This document shows, piece after piece, positions 17,330-27,043 of a DNA stretch of 35,125 nt. Each line of letters opens with the position of its first letter. The first letter of the stretch is position 1. Under the pieces are notes generated by a model, which did not search any database, was not told where the DNA came from, and saw only the letters and a program-made list of their open reading frames with translations. A program made the position numbers and the translations under genes. Origin of the DNA: Candidatus Heimdallarchaeota archaeon (GTDB lineage Archaea; Asgardarchaeota; Heimdallarchaeia; Heimdallarchaeales; Heimdallarchaeaceae); contig DXJF01000074.1 in the NCBI GenBank assembly GCA_019057375.1, forward strand, positions 1 to 35,125. The letters are read 5' to 3'.

Positions 17330-17959
17330 ATGACCAAAAGTATGTATAAGTATATTGGCGAATTTTGGAGAAATCGCGAAACTCCTGAGTTTAAGGAGCT
17401 TATGCGAAGTAGACTTATTCAATGGAGAAGAGAGGGAGCTACTGAGAGAGTTGAAAAACCAACAAGACTTGATAGAGCAAGAACTCTTGGTTATAAGGCT
17501 AAACAAGGATATGTAATTGTAAGAGCTAAAGTTAGGAGAGGAGGAAGGAGAAAGAAAAGACCTGTAAGAGGAAGAAAGTCTCGTAATATGGGTGTCAACA
17601 AAATAACTCCTAAGAAAAGCATTAAGCTCATAGCCGAAGAAAGAGTAGCAAGAAGATATTCCAATCTTGAAGTTCTAAACTCTTATTGGGTAGGTCAAGA
17701 TGGAAGACACAAATTCTTTGAAGTGATTTTAATAGATCCTCAACATCCTGTTATTGCAAAAGATCCAAGAACTAGCTGGGTTTCAATTAAAGAATATCGG
17801 GGCGATGACATAGTTTATCTCAAGAACCCAGTTCATAGAGGAAGGGTTCACCGTGGATTGACAAGTGCAGGTAAGAAATCAAGGGGACTCCGAACAAAAG
17901 GAAAAGGTGCTGAAAAAGTCAGACCATCTTTAAGAAGACATGGACGAAGAGGTAACTGA
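17330..17959 (+). CDS. rpl15e: 50S ribosomal protein L15e
   Basis: [37 protein letters not shown] and RGLTSAGKK. The ATG at 17330 is preceded by an AGGTGA Shine-Dalgarno. Confidence 0.97.
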   Translation: MTKSMYKYIGEFWRNRETPEFKELMRSRLIQWRREGATERVEKPTRLDRARTLGYKAKQGYVIVRAKVRRGGRRKKRPVRGRKSRNMGVNKITPKKSIKLIAEERVARRYSNLEVLNSYWVGQDGRHKFFEVILIDPQHPVIAKDPRTSWVSIKEYRGDDIVYLKNPVHRGRVHRGLTSAGKKSRGLRTKGKGAEKVRPSLRRHGRRGN

Positions 17960-18016
17960 CCTCTAATTTATCTCTTTTTACATTACTGCCTAATTTTAAG
18001 AAAAAAAGGGAATAAG

Positions 18017-18475
18017 ATGGACATCACTATTAGCAAAGTTGAATGTAGTTTTTCAGTTCATGCTACTGAAAATTTTGATAAAAACATGGAAGCACTGGAA
18101 AATCTTATTCCTGATGAACTTATAGAAGAAACAGAGATAATTGTAGAAGAACTTGAGGGAGGATATGAAAATCCAATTGAATATGTGGTAACTTCCTTTA
18201 GTAATAAGAAGTTAGTTGCTAAAATTCTCAAACACATAGTATCTAAACTCTCAAAAGAACAGAAAATGCAGCTTTACAATGAATTCGAAGAAAGATTCAA
18301 TCAAGATAAAAAATCTTTCCACATTAGAATAGACAAGCAAGGGATATACAATAATCAACTAATCATTAGTTCAGCAACCAATGTTATCAAAATAGAAATT
18401 AAACTGAGATCATATATTAAGGATGTAGATTATAAGCAATTCCTAATAGATGAAGACCTATTATTAAAAAAGTGA
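18017..18475 (+). CDS. DUF54/RNA-binding-family protein
   Basis: SVHATE...ALENL, GGYENPI and HIRIDKQ. Follows rpl15e as in the conserved archaeal superoperon. Confidence 0.82.
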   Translation: MDITISKVECSFSVHATENFDKNMEALENLIPDELIEETEIIVEELEGGYENPIEYVVTSFSNKKLVAKILKHIVSKLSKEQKMQLYNEFEERFNQDKKSFHIRIDKQGIYNNQLIISSATNVIKIEIKLRSYIKDVDYKQFLIDEDLLLKK

Positions 18476-18532
18476 GAATAATTATCCAGCCTCAAAGAGT
18501 CTGTTTATATTTTTAGATAAACATGACGCAGT

Positions 18533-21004
18533 ATGAAAAAGAAGTTAACCTTAGCTATCTTGTTCTTAATGCTTACATCGATTCTGTTCATTAATTCATC
18601 AAACTTAAACTTAGCAAGTTTTGAATCTAGTGTGGGTAGTGTTTCTACATTCGATGTTGATACGCCAGAATTTGATCACATATTTGGTCCTCCTGGTCAT
18701 GTTGCATTGGCAGTAGCAGAAGATGATAACTTAATCTTTACAAACGCTCCTGAAGGGTTAGCATTAATACAATTAGATGATTTAACTAATCAAACTGTAT
18801 ATATGGATGAGATAGGTTTAACTGATGTTCAAATACAAAATATAGAAGTTGACATAGACTTGAAACTTCTCTATATTGGTTCTGTTCAGGGAGTAGATAT
18901 TTTGAATTATTCTTTAGAACCGCTTAGTGTAACACCTCTCATAACTGGCGTTGCTACTAATTTTGAATTAGGTGATTTCATCGATATAGACCCAGAAACA
19001 CACTTTGCTTGGATAGTCACTCAATCACATGGATTATTTGTTTATGATCCTTTTAATGATCAATTTGTTGATACAAGTGGCTATAATATTCCTGTTGCAA
19101 GTGTTGACATGCTTGCTATAGAAGTTAACTCCACTGCTGGTTATGCCTTTATTGGGTCAAAACAAGGATTGTGGATGACTGATTTAGGTGCAAACACAAC
19201 CACTTCATATGATTTAGTAGATGGTCTTCCTTATGATGAAATTACATTAGTCAAATATCTTCCATCTATACTTACAACCCTAGTTGTAACACATGATCCT
19301 GTTACAGGCGTCTGTGGTGGTTTAACTGTACTCGATATGCAATCCTTATTAATTACGTCTTCCTATAATTGGACATCAAATCCATATAATCCAAGATCTA
19401 TTATTGACATTGAAGTAGATCTAGATAGAGGCCTGGGATATATCGCTTCATTCCATACAACAGATGCAGAATCTGGTTTTCTTGTCTTCAACATAACAGA
19501 TTATTCAGGTATAGCAAAATCCACTTATGGTAGTGCAGGAGCATTTGGTCCTCCTATGATGATGGGATCCCCTGAACCTATTGAATCACTTCTAGCCACT
19601 GTAGAAATAGATGAATCAACTGGCGATGTGATTTTAGGTACTGTACAAAGAATACAAAAAATCACATACACTCCACCAACCACTGCGGTGACAGAGAACA
19701 GTCCAATAATTGGTATTCAGCACAATTTTGCAACGGATATTGTTTATGATCCTATTGACGATAAGGTATATGTTGATACTCTTCTTGGACTTGATCGAAT
19801 CGATCCACATACAAGAGTTATTGAACATTTAATGCCACCTCCGTATATGGGAGGAGCTGGAGGAGACACAAGCGGAGCATTAGCTGTAAATGCAAGAATA
19901 TTCTATCATCACAGATATGAATACAACATCACATCAGGTACATACAGGGTTATGGAAGCCGTAGTAACAAACTTAACAGAATATAGATATGTTGATGATA
20001 TTTCAATATCACAAGATGAAACTTATGTGTTCTATTCTACATCACAACAAAATAATGGATATAGTGGAAATGGCTCTTTACTTATCTTCAATAGATTAAA
20101 TGATACAACCTACATTATTGATTTTGGTCTCGACAAAACACAATTAGAAGTGAATCAAGCCCTCGAAGATACAACAAACAATGTACTTTATGTTGCTACA
20201 AATAAGGGATTAATCTTATTCAACTTAACAACTTTTACAGAAATAAAGAGATTTGGTGAAGTAGAAGGTTGGGATGTTCAATCACTAGAACTCATTGATG
20301 GGAAACTTTGGTTTGGGATGGAACCTTCTCCATATGTACAAATTTTCGATCCTATAACAGAAAATATCATTCCATGGGATAAAGCACATCTAATTGTTAA
20401 TCCAGCTATCAATGATATATATTACGAAGAATCACGAAATGAAACCTACATATTAACAAATTCAGGTCTTTATGTGCATAATAGAACAAATGGATGGATA
20501 AAAACAGAAGTTGAATCTGATGGTCTTTCTACTTTATTTGTACGTCGAATGGACTTCATACCAACAACTGATGAAGCATGGATAGGAAGTTTTCAAGGAA
20601 TTAATATCTATGATCCAAACTATGATGATAAAGCTCCTTCTGTTACTGTTTATTTCCCAAGCACTATATTGTCTGGTCTGAATAACATAGACATTTCTGC
20701 TGAAGATTTTGCTGGAATTAAAGAAATCAGAGTAAGAATGGAAAATGGTTCCTGGAATCAAGAATGGACAATAAATGCCAACTTTCTACGAATAGAACTT
20801 GATACCACACTCTACGAAAACGGTTATTATGATTTCAATGTAACTGTAACAGATTGGAATGATTTAACAACTGTAGATTTAAACGAAGATATTCTATTCA
20901 ATAATGTTATTGTTGGAGAGTTCAATAAAACAATACTAATTACAATCTTTCCAGTTATAATCGGTATTAGCATTTTATTCAGAAGAAAGCGCTTTAAGAT
21001 ATAA
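18533..21004 (+). CDS. Secreted, membrane-anchored beta-propeller protein with Ig-like domain and C-terminal TM + basic tail
   Basis: Signal peptide MKKKLTLAILFLML, repeated beta-blade motifs (DGLPYDEIT, DGLSTLFVR, WIGS..GI.IYDP), an Ig-like DDKAPSVTV segment and the C-terminus VGEF...IIGISILFRRKRFKI. Confidence 0.8.
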   Translation: MKKKLTLAILFLMLTSILFINSSNLNLASFESSVGSVSTFDVDTPEFDHIFGPPGHVALAVAEDDNLIFTNAPEGLALIQLDDLTNQTVYMDEIGLTDVQIQNIEVDIDLKLLYIGSVQGVDILNYSLEPLSVTPLITGVATNFELGDFIDIDPETHFAWIVTQSHGLFVYDPFNDQFVDTSGYNIPVASVDMLAIEVNSTAGYAFIGSKQGLWMTDLGANTTTSYDLVDGLPYDEITLVKYLPSILTTLVVTHDPVTGVCGGLTVLDMQSLLITSSYNWTSNPYNPRSIIDIEVDLDRGLGYIASFHTTDAESGFLVFNITDYSGIAKSTYGSAGAFGPPMMMGSPEPIESLLATVEIDESTGDVILGTVQRIQKITYTPPTTAVTENSPIIGIQHNFATDIVYDPIDDKVYVDTLLGLDRIDPHTRVIEHLMPPPYMGGAGGDTSGALAVNARIFYHHRYEYNITSGTYRVMEAVVTNLTEYRYVDDISISQDETYVFYSTSQQNNGYSGNGSLLIFNRLNDTTYIIDFGLDKTQLEVNQALEDTTNNVLYVATNKGLILFNLTTFTEIKRFGEVEGWDVQSLELIDGKLWFGMEPSPYVQIFDPITENIIPWDKAHLIVNPAINDIYYEESRNETYILTNSGLYVHNRTNGWIKTEVESDGLSTLFVRRMDFIPTTDEAWIGSFQGINIYDPNYDDKAPSVTVYFPSTILSGLNNIDISAEDFAGIKEIRVRMENGSWNQEWTINANFLRIELDTTLYENGYYDFNVTVTDWNDLTTVDLNEDILFNNVIVGEFNKTILITIFPVIIGISILFRRKRFKI

Positions 21005-21033
21005 TTTTCTCTTTTCTTCCTTTTTTTGTTTTT
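21005..21033 (+). terminator. Oligo-T/pyrimidine tract (archaeal-type terminator)
   Basis: ttttctcttttcttcctttttttgttttt immediately after the stop codon. Confidence 0.45.
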
Positions 21034-21206
21034 CAGAATTTTTCAACAAGTAGTTGACAGAAAGTTTTAAAATGTGAAATGAGGAGAAAGAATAGGCACA
21101 GAGGAATTAGGATGGATCGCGAAATTCGCTAAAAAGAAATTCTTTTTTAAATACCCTTATAGCGTGCCTTATAGATTTCCTAAAGAACATTTTGGAGTAG
21201 ATTACA

Positions 21207-24200
21207 GTGGTTAATGAGAAACAGATATTTGAATCAGTTAAAGCCTTGCCTTCATTTTCTGAAGAAGAAGAGAAAGTATTAGACTTCTGGAAGAAAAATG
21301 AGGTTTTTGATAAATTACGAGAAATGAGAAAGGGAGGTCCTCTATTCAGATGGCTAGAAGGTCCCCCTACAGCAAATGGCCTTCCTCATATAGGTCATGC
21401 TTTAACTAGAGCTATCAAAGATGTATTCCTTCGACATAAATCAATGCACGGATTTGATGTTGTACCTTGGGTTGCAGGATGGGATTGTCATGGACTCCCA
21501 GTAGAATTAGAAGTAGAAAAAACCCTTGGATTTTCAGATAAGAGCCAAATTGAAGAATTTGGAATGGTAAACTTCAATGCAGAGTGCAGAAAATCTGTCT
21601 TCAAATATGTTAAAGAATGGCAAGATATGTCCAAACGAATAGGTTTCTGGCTTGATTTTGAGAACAGATATTCAACCATGGATGAAAACTATGTTGAAAG
21701 CGTTTGGTGGTCATTGAAGGAGATTCACAAAAAAGGATTGTTATATTTAGGGTATAAAGTAGTTCCTTATTGTCCTAGATGTGGAACACCATTGTCTTCT
21801 CACGAGGTAGGACAAGGAATGATGGAAACAACAGACCCCTCAGTTCATGTGAAATTTAAATCACTTGATTTTGAAGATACGTACTATTTAGCCTGGACAA
21901 CAACACCATGGACTCTAATATCAAATGCATGTTTGACAGTGCATCCAGAGGTTGATTATGTTCAAGTAGAGTATAATGGAGAAAAATTAATTCTAGCTGA
22001 AAGTAAAGCGGAAGAACTTCTAGATGATTATACAGTTCTGCAGAAACTAAAAGGAAAGGATTTGGAATACAAGAAGTATGAGCAACTCTTTCCCTTTATA
22101 GTACCTGAAGAGGATGCTTTCTATGTAACTCTTGCTAATTATGTAACAACAGATGAAGGAACAGGAATAGTTCATTCAGCTCCAGCTTTTGGAGAAGATG
22201 ACGCTGAGATCGGGAAAAAATACGGACTGCCGGCGATGAATCCAGTTCTTGAAGATGGTAGTTTCTCAGAGGAAATTACAGATTTTGCTGGATTATTTGT
22301 CAAAACAGCAGATCCCAAGATAATGGATAATTTAAAGGAAAGAGGATTGCTTTTCAAAAAGGGAGTGTATAAGCACATTTATCCCTTCTGTTATCGTTGT
22401 GATGGTCCTCTTCTCTATTATTCTATAGAAGCTTGGTACATTGAGATGTCTAAGATGCGTGATAGGTTAGTAGCTAATAACAAACAAGTAAGATGGCAAC
22501 CTGCACACCTTAAGACAGGAAGATTTGGTAATTTTATAGAAGAAGTAAGAGATTGGGCTTTATCACGTAATAGATACTGGGGAACTCCACTACCAATTTG
22601 GTTATGTGAAAACAATCATAGAACAGTGGTAGGAAGTAGAAAGGAACTAGAAGATTTATATGGAAAGCCTTTAGCTGAAGATTTTAGTCTGCATAGACCT
22701 TGGGTTGACGAAATAACTTTTGATTGTCCTGAATGTCAGAAGATCTGCGAGAGAGTACCCTATGTCACAGATTGTTGGTATGATGCGGGAAGTGCATTTT
22801 TTGCACAGTATCATTACCCTTTTGAAAATAAGGAGTTGTTCAAAGAACATTTTCCATTTGATTTCATAACAGAAGCAATTGATCAGACAAGAGGATGGTT
22901 TTACACTTTACTGGCCATTAGTACAGTCCTATTTGACAAACCCGCGTATATGAATTGTTTAACTATGGGTCACACTCTTGATGGAAAGGGAAAGAAAATG
23001 AGCAAGAGTAAGGGAAATATGATAGTTGCAGGGGATGTTATACCAAAGTATGGTGCAGATGCAGTTAGATGGTTTCTTTATTCATATCCTACATGGAATA
23101 GTGTAAGAGTTAATCCTGAACAGATATATGATTCAATGAAAAAATTCATCCTTACATTATGGAATGGTTACAGTTTCTTCGTATCTAATGCGAATGTAGA
23201 TAATTTTAATCCAACAACATTCGAGGTCCCTCTAGAGGAAAGACCAGAACTTGATAAATGGTTAATAAGCGAAGTTAATTATCTGATAAAATTCATTGAG
23301 GATGCTCTTGAAAACATGACTGTTCATTTAGCTATACAAGCGTTTGAAAAATTTGTAATAGACAAATTCAGTAATTGGTATCTTAGACAATCTCGTCGTC
23401 GGTTTTGGAAAAACGGGCTTGATAAGGACAAAAAATCAGCATATGTAACAACCTATGAAGTACTTGTTAAATTATCTAAACTATTAGCTCCTTTCATCCC
23501 ATTTATAGCAGAACAATTACATCAAAATCTAGTTAAACGATTAGACTCTGAGGCACCATTAAGTGTGCATCTTCTACCCTATCCCGTTCTAAATAAGAAA
23601 GAGTTGGATCCCAATCTTTCAAGAGATATGAACAAGGTTCTTTCACTCGTTATTGCTGGAAGAAGTATACGTTCCTCAGCAAATATAAAACTAAGACAAC
23701 CTCTTTCAGAGCTTATATTGATATCTCCACTTGGAAAAAAGGATTTGATAGAAAAATATGAAACTGTATTCAAAGAAGAACTAAATGTGAAGAAGATAAC
23801 ACTTAGTAAGAGTTCTGAAGAATTAGTGAGTTATATAATAAAACCCAATTTCAAGGTTTTAGCTCCGAAAGTAAAATCTTCAGTAAAAGGCATAGGAGCA
23901 CAATTGGAAAAATTAGATTCCAATCAATCGAGAAAATATGTGGAATTGTTAGCTAAAGGAGATTCAATTGTATTAAGCGTAGAGGGAACTGAATTTCAAC
24001 TCTCTCCAGAAGATTTAGAATACAAAATAGAGGTTCAAGAAGGTTTTGCAGGTGAAGAAGCAGAAGGTTATTTGTTACTTTTCAATTTAACAATAACTAA
24101 TGAACTAAAGCAAGAAGGATATGTAAGAGACATAATAAGACGTGTCCAAACAATGAGAAAAGATTTGGATTTGGAATATACACAACAAATTGTTCTATCC

Positions 24201-24365
24201 ATAGAAACTGACGAATTTGGTCTAGAAGCTATTAAAAAACATGAAGAATATATCAAAGAAGAAACACTAAGTAAGAATTTGCAATTCAAAAGACCATCAG
24301 AAGGACACTTCAAAGAATGGGAATTTGATGGGTTTAAAGTAACAATTGGTATAGAACCTCTCTAA
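21207..24365 (+). CDS. ileS: Isoleucyl-tRNA synthetase (archaeal/eukaryote-type)
   Basis: EGPPTANGLPHIGH (HIGH), GWDCHGLP, editing domain WTTTPWTL and GTGIVHSAP, WALSRNRYWG, DQTRGWF and KMSKS. Confidence 0.98.
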   Translation: MVNEKQIFESVKALPSFSEEEEKVLDFWKKNEVFDKLREMRKGGPLFRWLEGPPTANGLPHIGHALTRAIKDVFLRHKSMHGFDVVPWVAGWDCHGLPVELEVEKTLGFSDKSQIEEFGMVNFNAECRKSVFKYVKEWQDMSKRIGFWLDFENRYSTMDENYVESVWWSLKEIHKKGLLYLGYKVVPYCPRCGTPLSSHEVGQGMMETTDPSVHVKFKSLDFEDTYYLAWTTTPWTLISNACLTVHPEVDYVQVEYNGEKLILAESKAEELLDDYTVLQKLKGKDLEYKKYEQLFPFIVPEEDAFYVTLANYVTTDEGTGIVHSAPAFGEDDAEIGKKYGLPAMNPVLEDGSFSEEITDFAGLFVKTADPKIMDNLKERGLLFKKGVYKHIYPFCYRCDGPLLYYSIEAWYIEMSKMRDRLVANNKQVRWQPAHLKTGRFGNFIEEVRDWALSRNRYWGTPLPIWLCENNHRTVVGSRKELEDLYGKPLAEDFSLHRPWVDEITFDCPECQKICERVPYVTDCWYDAGSAFFAQYHYPFENKELFKEHFPFDFITEAIDQTRGWFYTLLAISTVLFDKPAYMNCLTMGHTLDGKGKKMSKSKGNMIVAGDVIPKYGADAVRWFLYSYPTWNSVRVNPEQIYDSMKKFILTLWNGYSFFVSNANVDNFNPTTFEVPLEERPELDKWLISEVNYLIKFIEDALENMTVHLAIQAFEKFVIDKFSNWYLRQSRRRFWKNGLDKDKKSAYVTTYEVLVKLSKLLAPFIPFIAEQLHQNLVKRLDSEAPLSVHLLPYPVLNKKELDPNLSRDMNKVLSLVIAGRSIRSSANIKLRQPLSELILISPLGKKDLIEKYETVFKEELNVKKITLSKSSEELVSYIIKPNFKVLAPKVKSSVKGIGAQLEKLDSNQSRKYVELLAKGDSIVLSVEGTEFQLSPEDLEYKIEVQEGFAGEEAEGYLLLFNLTITNELKQEGYVRDIIRRVQTMRKDLDLEYTQQIVLSIETDEFGLEAIKKHEEYIKEETLSKNLQFKRPSEGHFKEWEFDGFKVTIGIEPL

Positions 24366-24445
24366 TTCTTTCTCCCCTTCACACATTTTTTCTAATTTAA
24401 ACTCAGTAAGAGTAATAAATAAAAACTTCGAAGTTTAACCTACAT

Positions 24446-24505
24446 GTGGCGATGATTTAACCGTCCCAGACTGAAATGTGATGTTCTCACGACGATATGA
24501 GCCAC
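24446..24505 (+). ncRNA. Dual-guide box C/D sRNA predicted to direct 2'-O-methylation of 23S rRNA G2251 and U2593 (E. coli numbering)
   Basis: Terminal stem GTGGC/GCCAC, box C-like GCGATGA, D' guide ACCGTCCCAG, D' CTGA, C' GTGATGT, D guide TCTCACGACG and D-like ATGA. The guides pair with the conserved LSU segments CUGGGGCGGU and CGUCGUGAGA. Confidence 0.85.
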
Positions 24506-24579
24506 CATAATTTTTTCTTAATCTAAATACGTTAGACTTGAATATAAAAGTTAATTAGTTCTTTGAAATTCGAATAATT

Positions 24580-26163
24580 GTGAACAATCAAGATACCAAT
24601 TTTACAGAAATTCTTTATCATCAACCAGGCCATCTTAGAGGTGTCAATGTCATTAGGGAAATTGATGGATATTTGCTAACTGGGGGGCAAGATGGGAGAA
24701 TCTGCATATGGGATCTTAATTTAGAAAAAGAACTTGGGTGTATTTTTGCACATAAAGCAGCTATTACAGATATTCAGAAATTAGAAAATATGGACTTAAT
24801 AATTTCTACAGCTTGGGAACTAGATTTGAAAGCATGGTCATTAACTGATTTTAGTAAAATTGAAAGACCAAAAGCTCACATATCCTCTATTATTGGAGCT
24901 AAACCTTTGAAGGGATTCATCATAACTGCAGGAAGAGATGAGCAACTAAGGAAATGGATAATTAAGGATGGCAAATTCAAACTTCTTTCGAAGACAAAAA
25001 TTGTTACAATGAGTCAAATTCTCTCTTTAGATAACCGATTATTGATTTCATGTCAAGAAGGAGACAAATTTATTTTTGATGTTGAAAGTTTTAAAGAAGG
25101 AAGAGCATTTTTCATTAAAGACTCAAAAGTTGTTAAAGCTATTAGAAAGGCATCCAAATATCTGAAGGATTTTGAGAAAAAAGATCCTTATGCTTTGCTT
25201 TTTAAGATTTCCAGGAGAAATGGGTTTCCTGCAATAGTAAGTACGATTACTGAAGATAGCATCATTCTAGGTCATGAATTTGGATTTGTTTCTATCTGGA
25301 AAAAAGATAATTTAAAAATATCAAAGGTTTTCTTTGTTCATGGAAAACACATTACAGGATTAGAAATAATAAACAACATTTTGTACACTACTTCATTAGA
25401 TTCAACAATTTCTATGTTCAATATTGAATCATCAAAAATCATTAAATCAATTAACCTTACATCAAAACCCTTTTCACTATTAAAAACATCAAATAGCGAT
25501 TTTGTGGTAGGTTTAGAGACTGGCGAACTAATAATTTTTGACACACAACTTGAAAAAAAGGGACATCATAAAGAAATAAGTCTAATAACAGGAACAGCGA
25601 TAACTCCTGATAATCTTGCTTTTGCCCTAAATTCAGGAAATATTGTTTTATTAAATAATGAGGACTTAGAAATAACAAAGAAACAGAGGATACATGACAA
25701 GAACGTTCTAGGTCTTTTTTATTACAATAACAAATTAATCTCCATCGGGGAAGATAAAAGAGTAGTAATTCTAGATGGTGATTTGAAAATAATTAAGGAA
25801 ATTGATTTTAAGCACAAAATTACCAATCCTCGTCAAATTAAGCATTATATTTCCCTAACTCCTAATCATGTATTAGATCTCCGAAAAGACGAGATAATTA
25901 AAGGTGAAATTTCACAAGAAACAGATGATGAAATAGAGAGAATTTACCCCATAGATTTTGAATTAGTAAAAGGAGATATAAGAATCAAAATAAAAAATCA
26001 GATTCTTCAAAAATTAGAAGAAAAAGAACTAGATTCTTTGTACAAAGGCAAAATAGTGAATTCTCTAAGAAAGCTTTCGAAAGCAAAAGAGAAAACATTT
26101 TACAAACAAAAAACTAAAAATATAATTATTTCCGAGAAATTAAAATTCTCTAAAGATAAGTAG
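24580..26163 (+). CDS. WD40-repeat beta-propeller protein
   Basis: GH/WD-type blades: GHLRGVN...LLTGGQDGRICIWD, AHKAAI...DLKAWS, AHISSI...RDEQLRKW and HGKHIT...SLDSTISMFN. Confidence 0.85.
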   Translation: MNNQDTNFTEILYHQPGHLRGVNVIREIDGYLLTGGQDGRICIWDLNLEKELGCIFAHKAAITDIQKLENMDLIISTAWELDLKAWSLTDFSKIERPKAHISSIIGAKPLKGFIITAGRDEQLRKWIIKDGKFKLLSKTKIVTMSQILSLDNRLLISCQEGDKFIFDVESFKEGRAFFIKDSKVVKAIRKASKYLKDFEKKDPYALLFKISRRNGFPAIVSTITEDSIILGHEFGFVSIWKKDNLKISKVFFVHGKHITGLEIINNILYTTSLDSTISMFNIESSKIIKSINLTSKPFSLLKTSNSDFVVGLETGELIIFDTQLEKKGHHKEISLITGTAITPDNLAFALNSGNIVLLNNEDLEITKKQRIHDKNVLGLFYYNNKLISIGEDKRVVILDGDLKIIKEIDFKHKITNPRQIKHYISLTPNHVLDLRKDEIIKGEISQETDDEIERIYPIDFELVKGDIRIKIKNQILQKLEEKELDSLYKGKIVNSLRKLSKAKEKTFYKQKTKNIIISEKLKFSKDK

Positions 26164-26183
26164 ATTCAAAAAATAATCTTACA

Positions 26184-26669
26184 CTACTTACTTTCATTAT
26201 ATTTCTCAAAAATAACATCTGAGGAATCTAACCAACCTGAACGTAATATAGAATCAGAATAATCCTCAATGTAAATGACTTTTCGTATACCAGCATTAAT
26301 TATAGCCATTGTACAGTTTCCACAAGGTCTTGTTGTGGAATAAAGTGTTGTTCCTTCAGAGCTAATCCCAGCAGTAGCTGCTTGTATTATTGCGTTTAAC
26401 TCAGCATGAACTGCTGGACACACCTCATTTTTTTCACCAGACTTTTCGTATAACTTAGTACAGGTTTCTTTCGTGCAATGAACAATTCCACGAGGAACTC
26501 CATTATAACCTGTAGAAATAATTTGGTGCTTATCATTGACAAGAACTGCCCCCACTTGTCGTCTAATGCATGAAGATCTAGTTTTAGCAATTTCTGCTAT
26601 CCCCATAAAATATTCATCCCAAGAAGGTCTATTCAGTTCCTTAATCAAAGAATCATCGGTATTCTTCAT
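26184..26669 (-). CDS. dCMP deaminase family (Zn-dependent CMP/dCMP deaminase)
   Basis: RPSWDEYFM, RQVGAVLV, STGYNG, HAELNAI and PCGNC. Confidence 0.92.
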   Translation of the reverse strand: MKNTDDSLIKELNRPSWDEYFMGIAEIAKTRSSCIRRQVGAVLVNDKHQIISTGYNGVPRGIVHCTKETCTKLYEKSGEKNEVCPAVHAELNAIIQAATAGISSEGTTLYSTTRPCGNCTMAIINAGIRKVIYIEDYSDSILRSGWLDSSDVIFEKYNESK

Positions 26670-26722
26670 TCTAAGCTAAATCTGAAGTTGGATTTAATCA
26701 ATATTGTTGTCTTGGTTTATGA

Positions 26723-27043
26723 CTATGTAAGATACTTCTTGGCTTTGTTAATTACTCCACTAACATAGATTGGATGAAGGATTATATCTATACCATCTAT
26801 TTTTGTTATAAGAGCTAAAACTGTAAGTAAAGATGAAAGAGAATCATGAGAGCACCTAATGATTCCACTCTTTTTCTTTTCATCAAAATGCTCAAAATAT
26901 AGACCAGCGCTTGAAGATCCAGAAATACCAAAAACATTTTGATAGGTTTGCCAAACCTTGGTTTTAATTAAATTCATACTGACACATGATTCATCAGTTA
27001 TAACATTAACAACAACGTATCTATCTCTAGTAATAATTACCAA
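26723..27043 (-). CDS. rnp2: RNase P protein component 2 (Pop5/Rpp14)
   Basis: R.RYV, GIIRCSH and VSGVINKAK. TTG start with a GGAGG Shine-Dalgarno, abutting rnp3. Confidence 0.88.
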   Translation of the reverse strand: MVIITRDRYVVVNVITDESCVSMNLIKTKVWQTYQNVFGISGSSSAGLYFEHFDEKKKSGIIRCSHDSLSSLLTVLALITKIDGIDIILHPIYVSGVINKAKKYLT

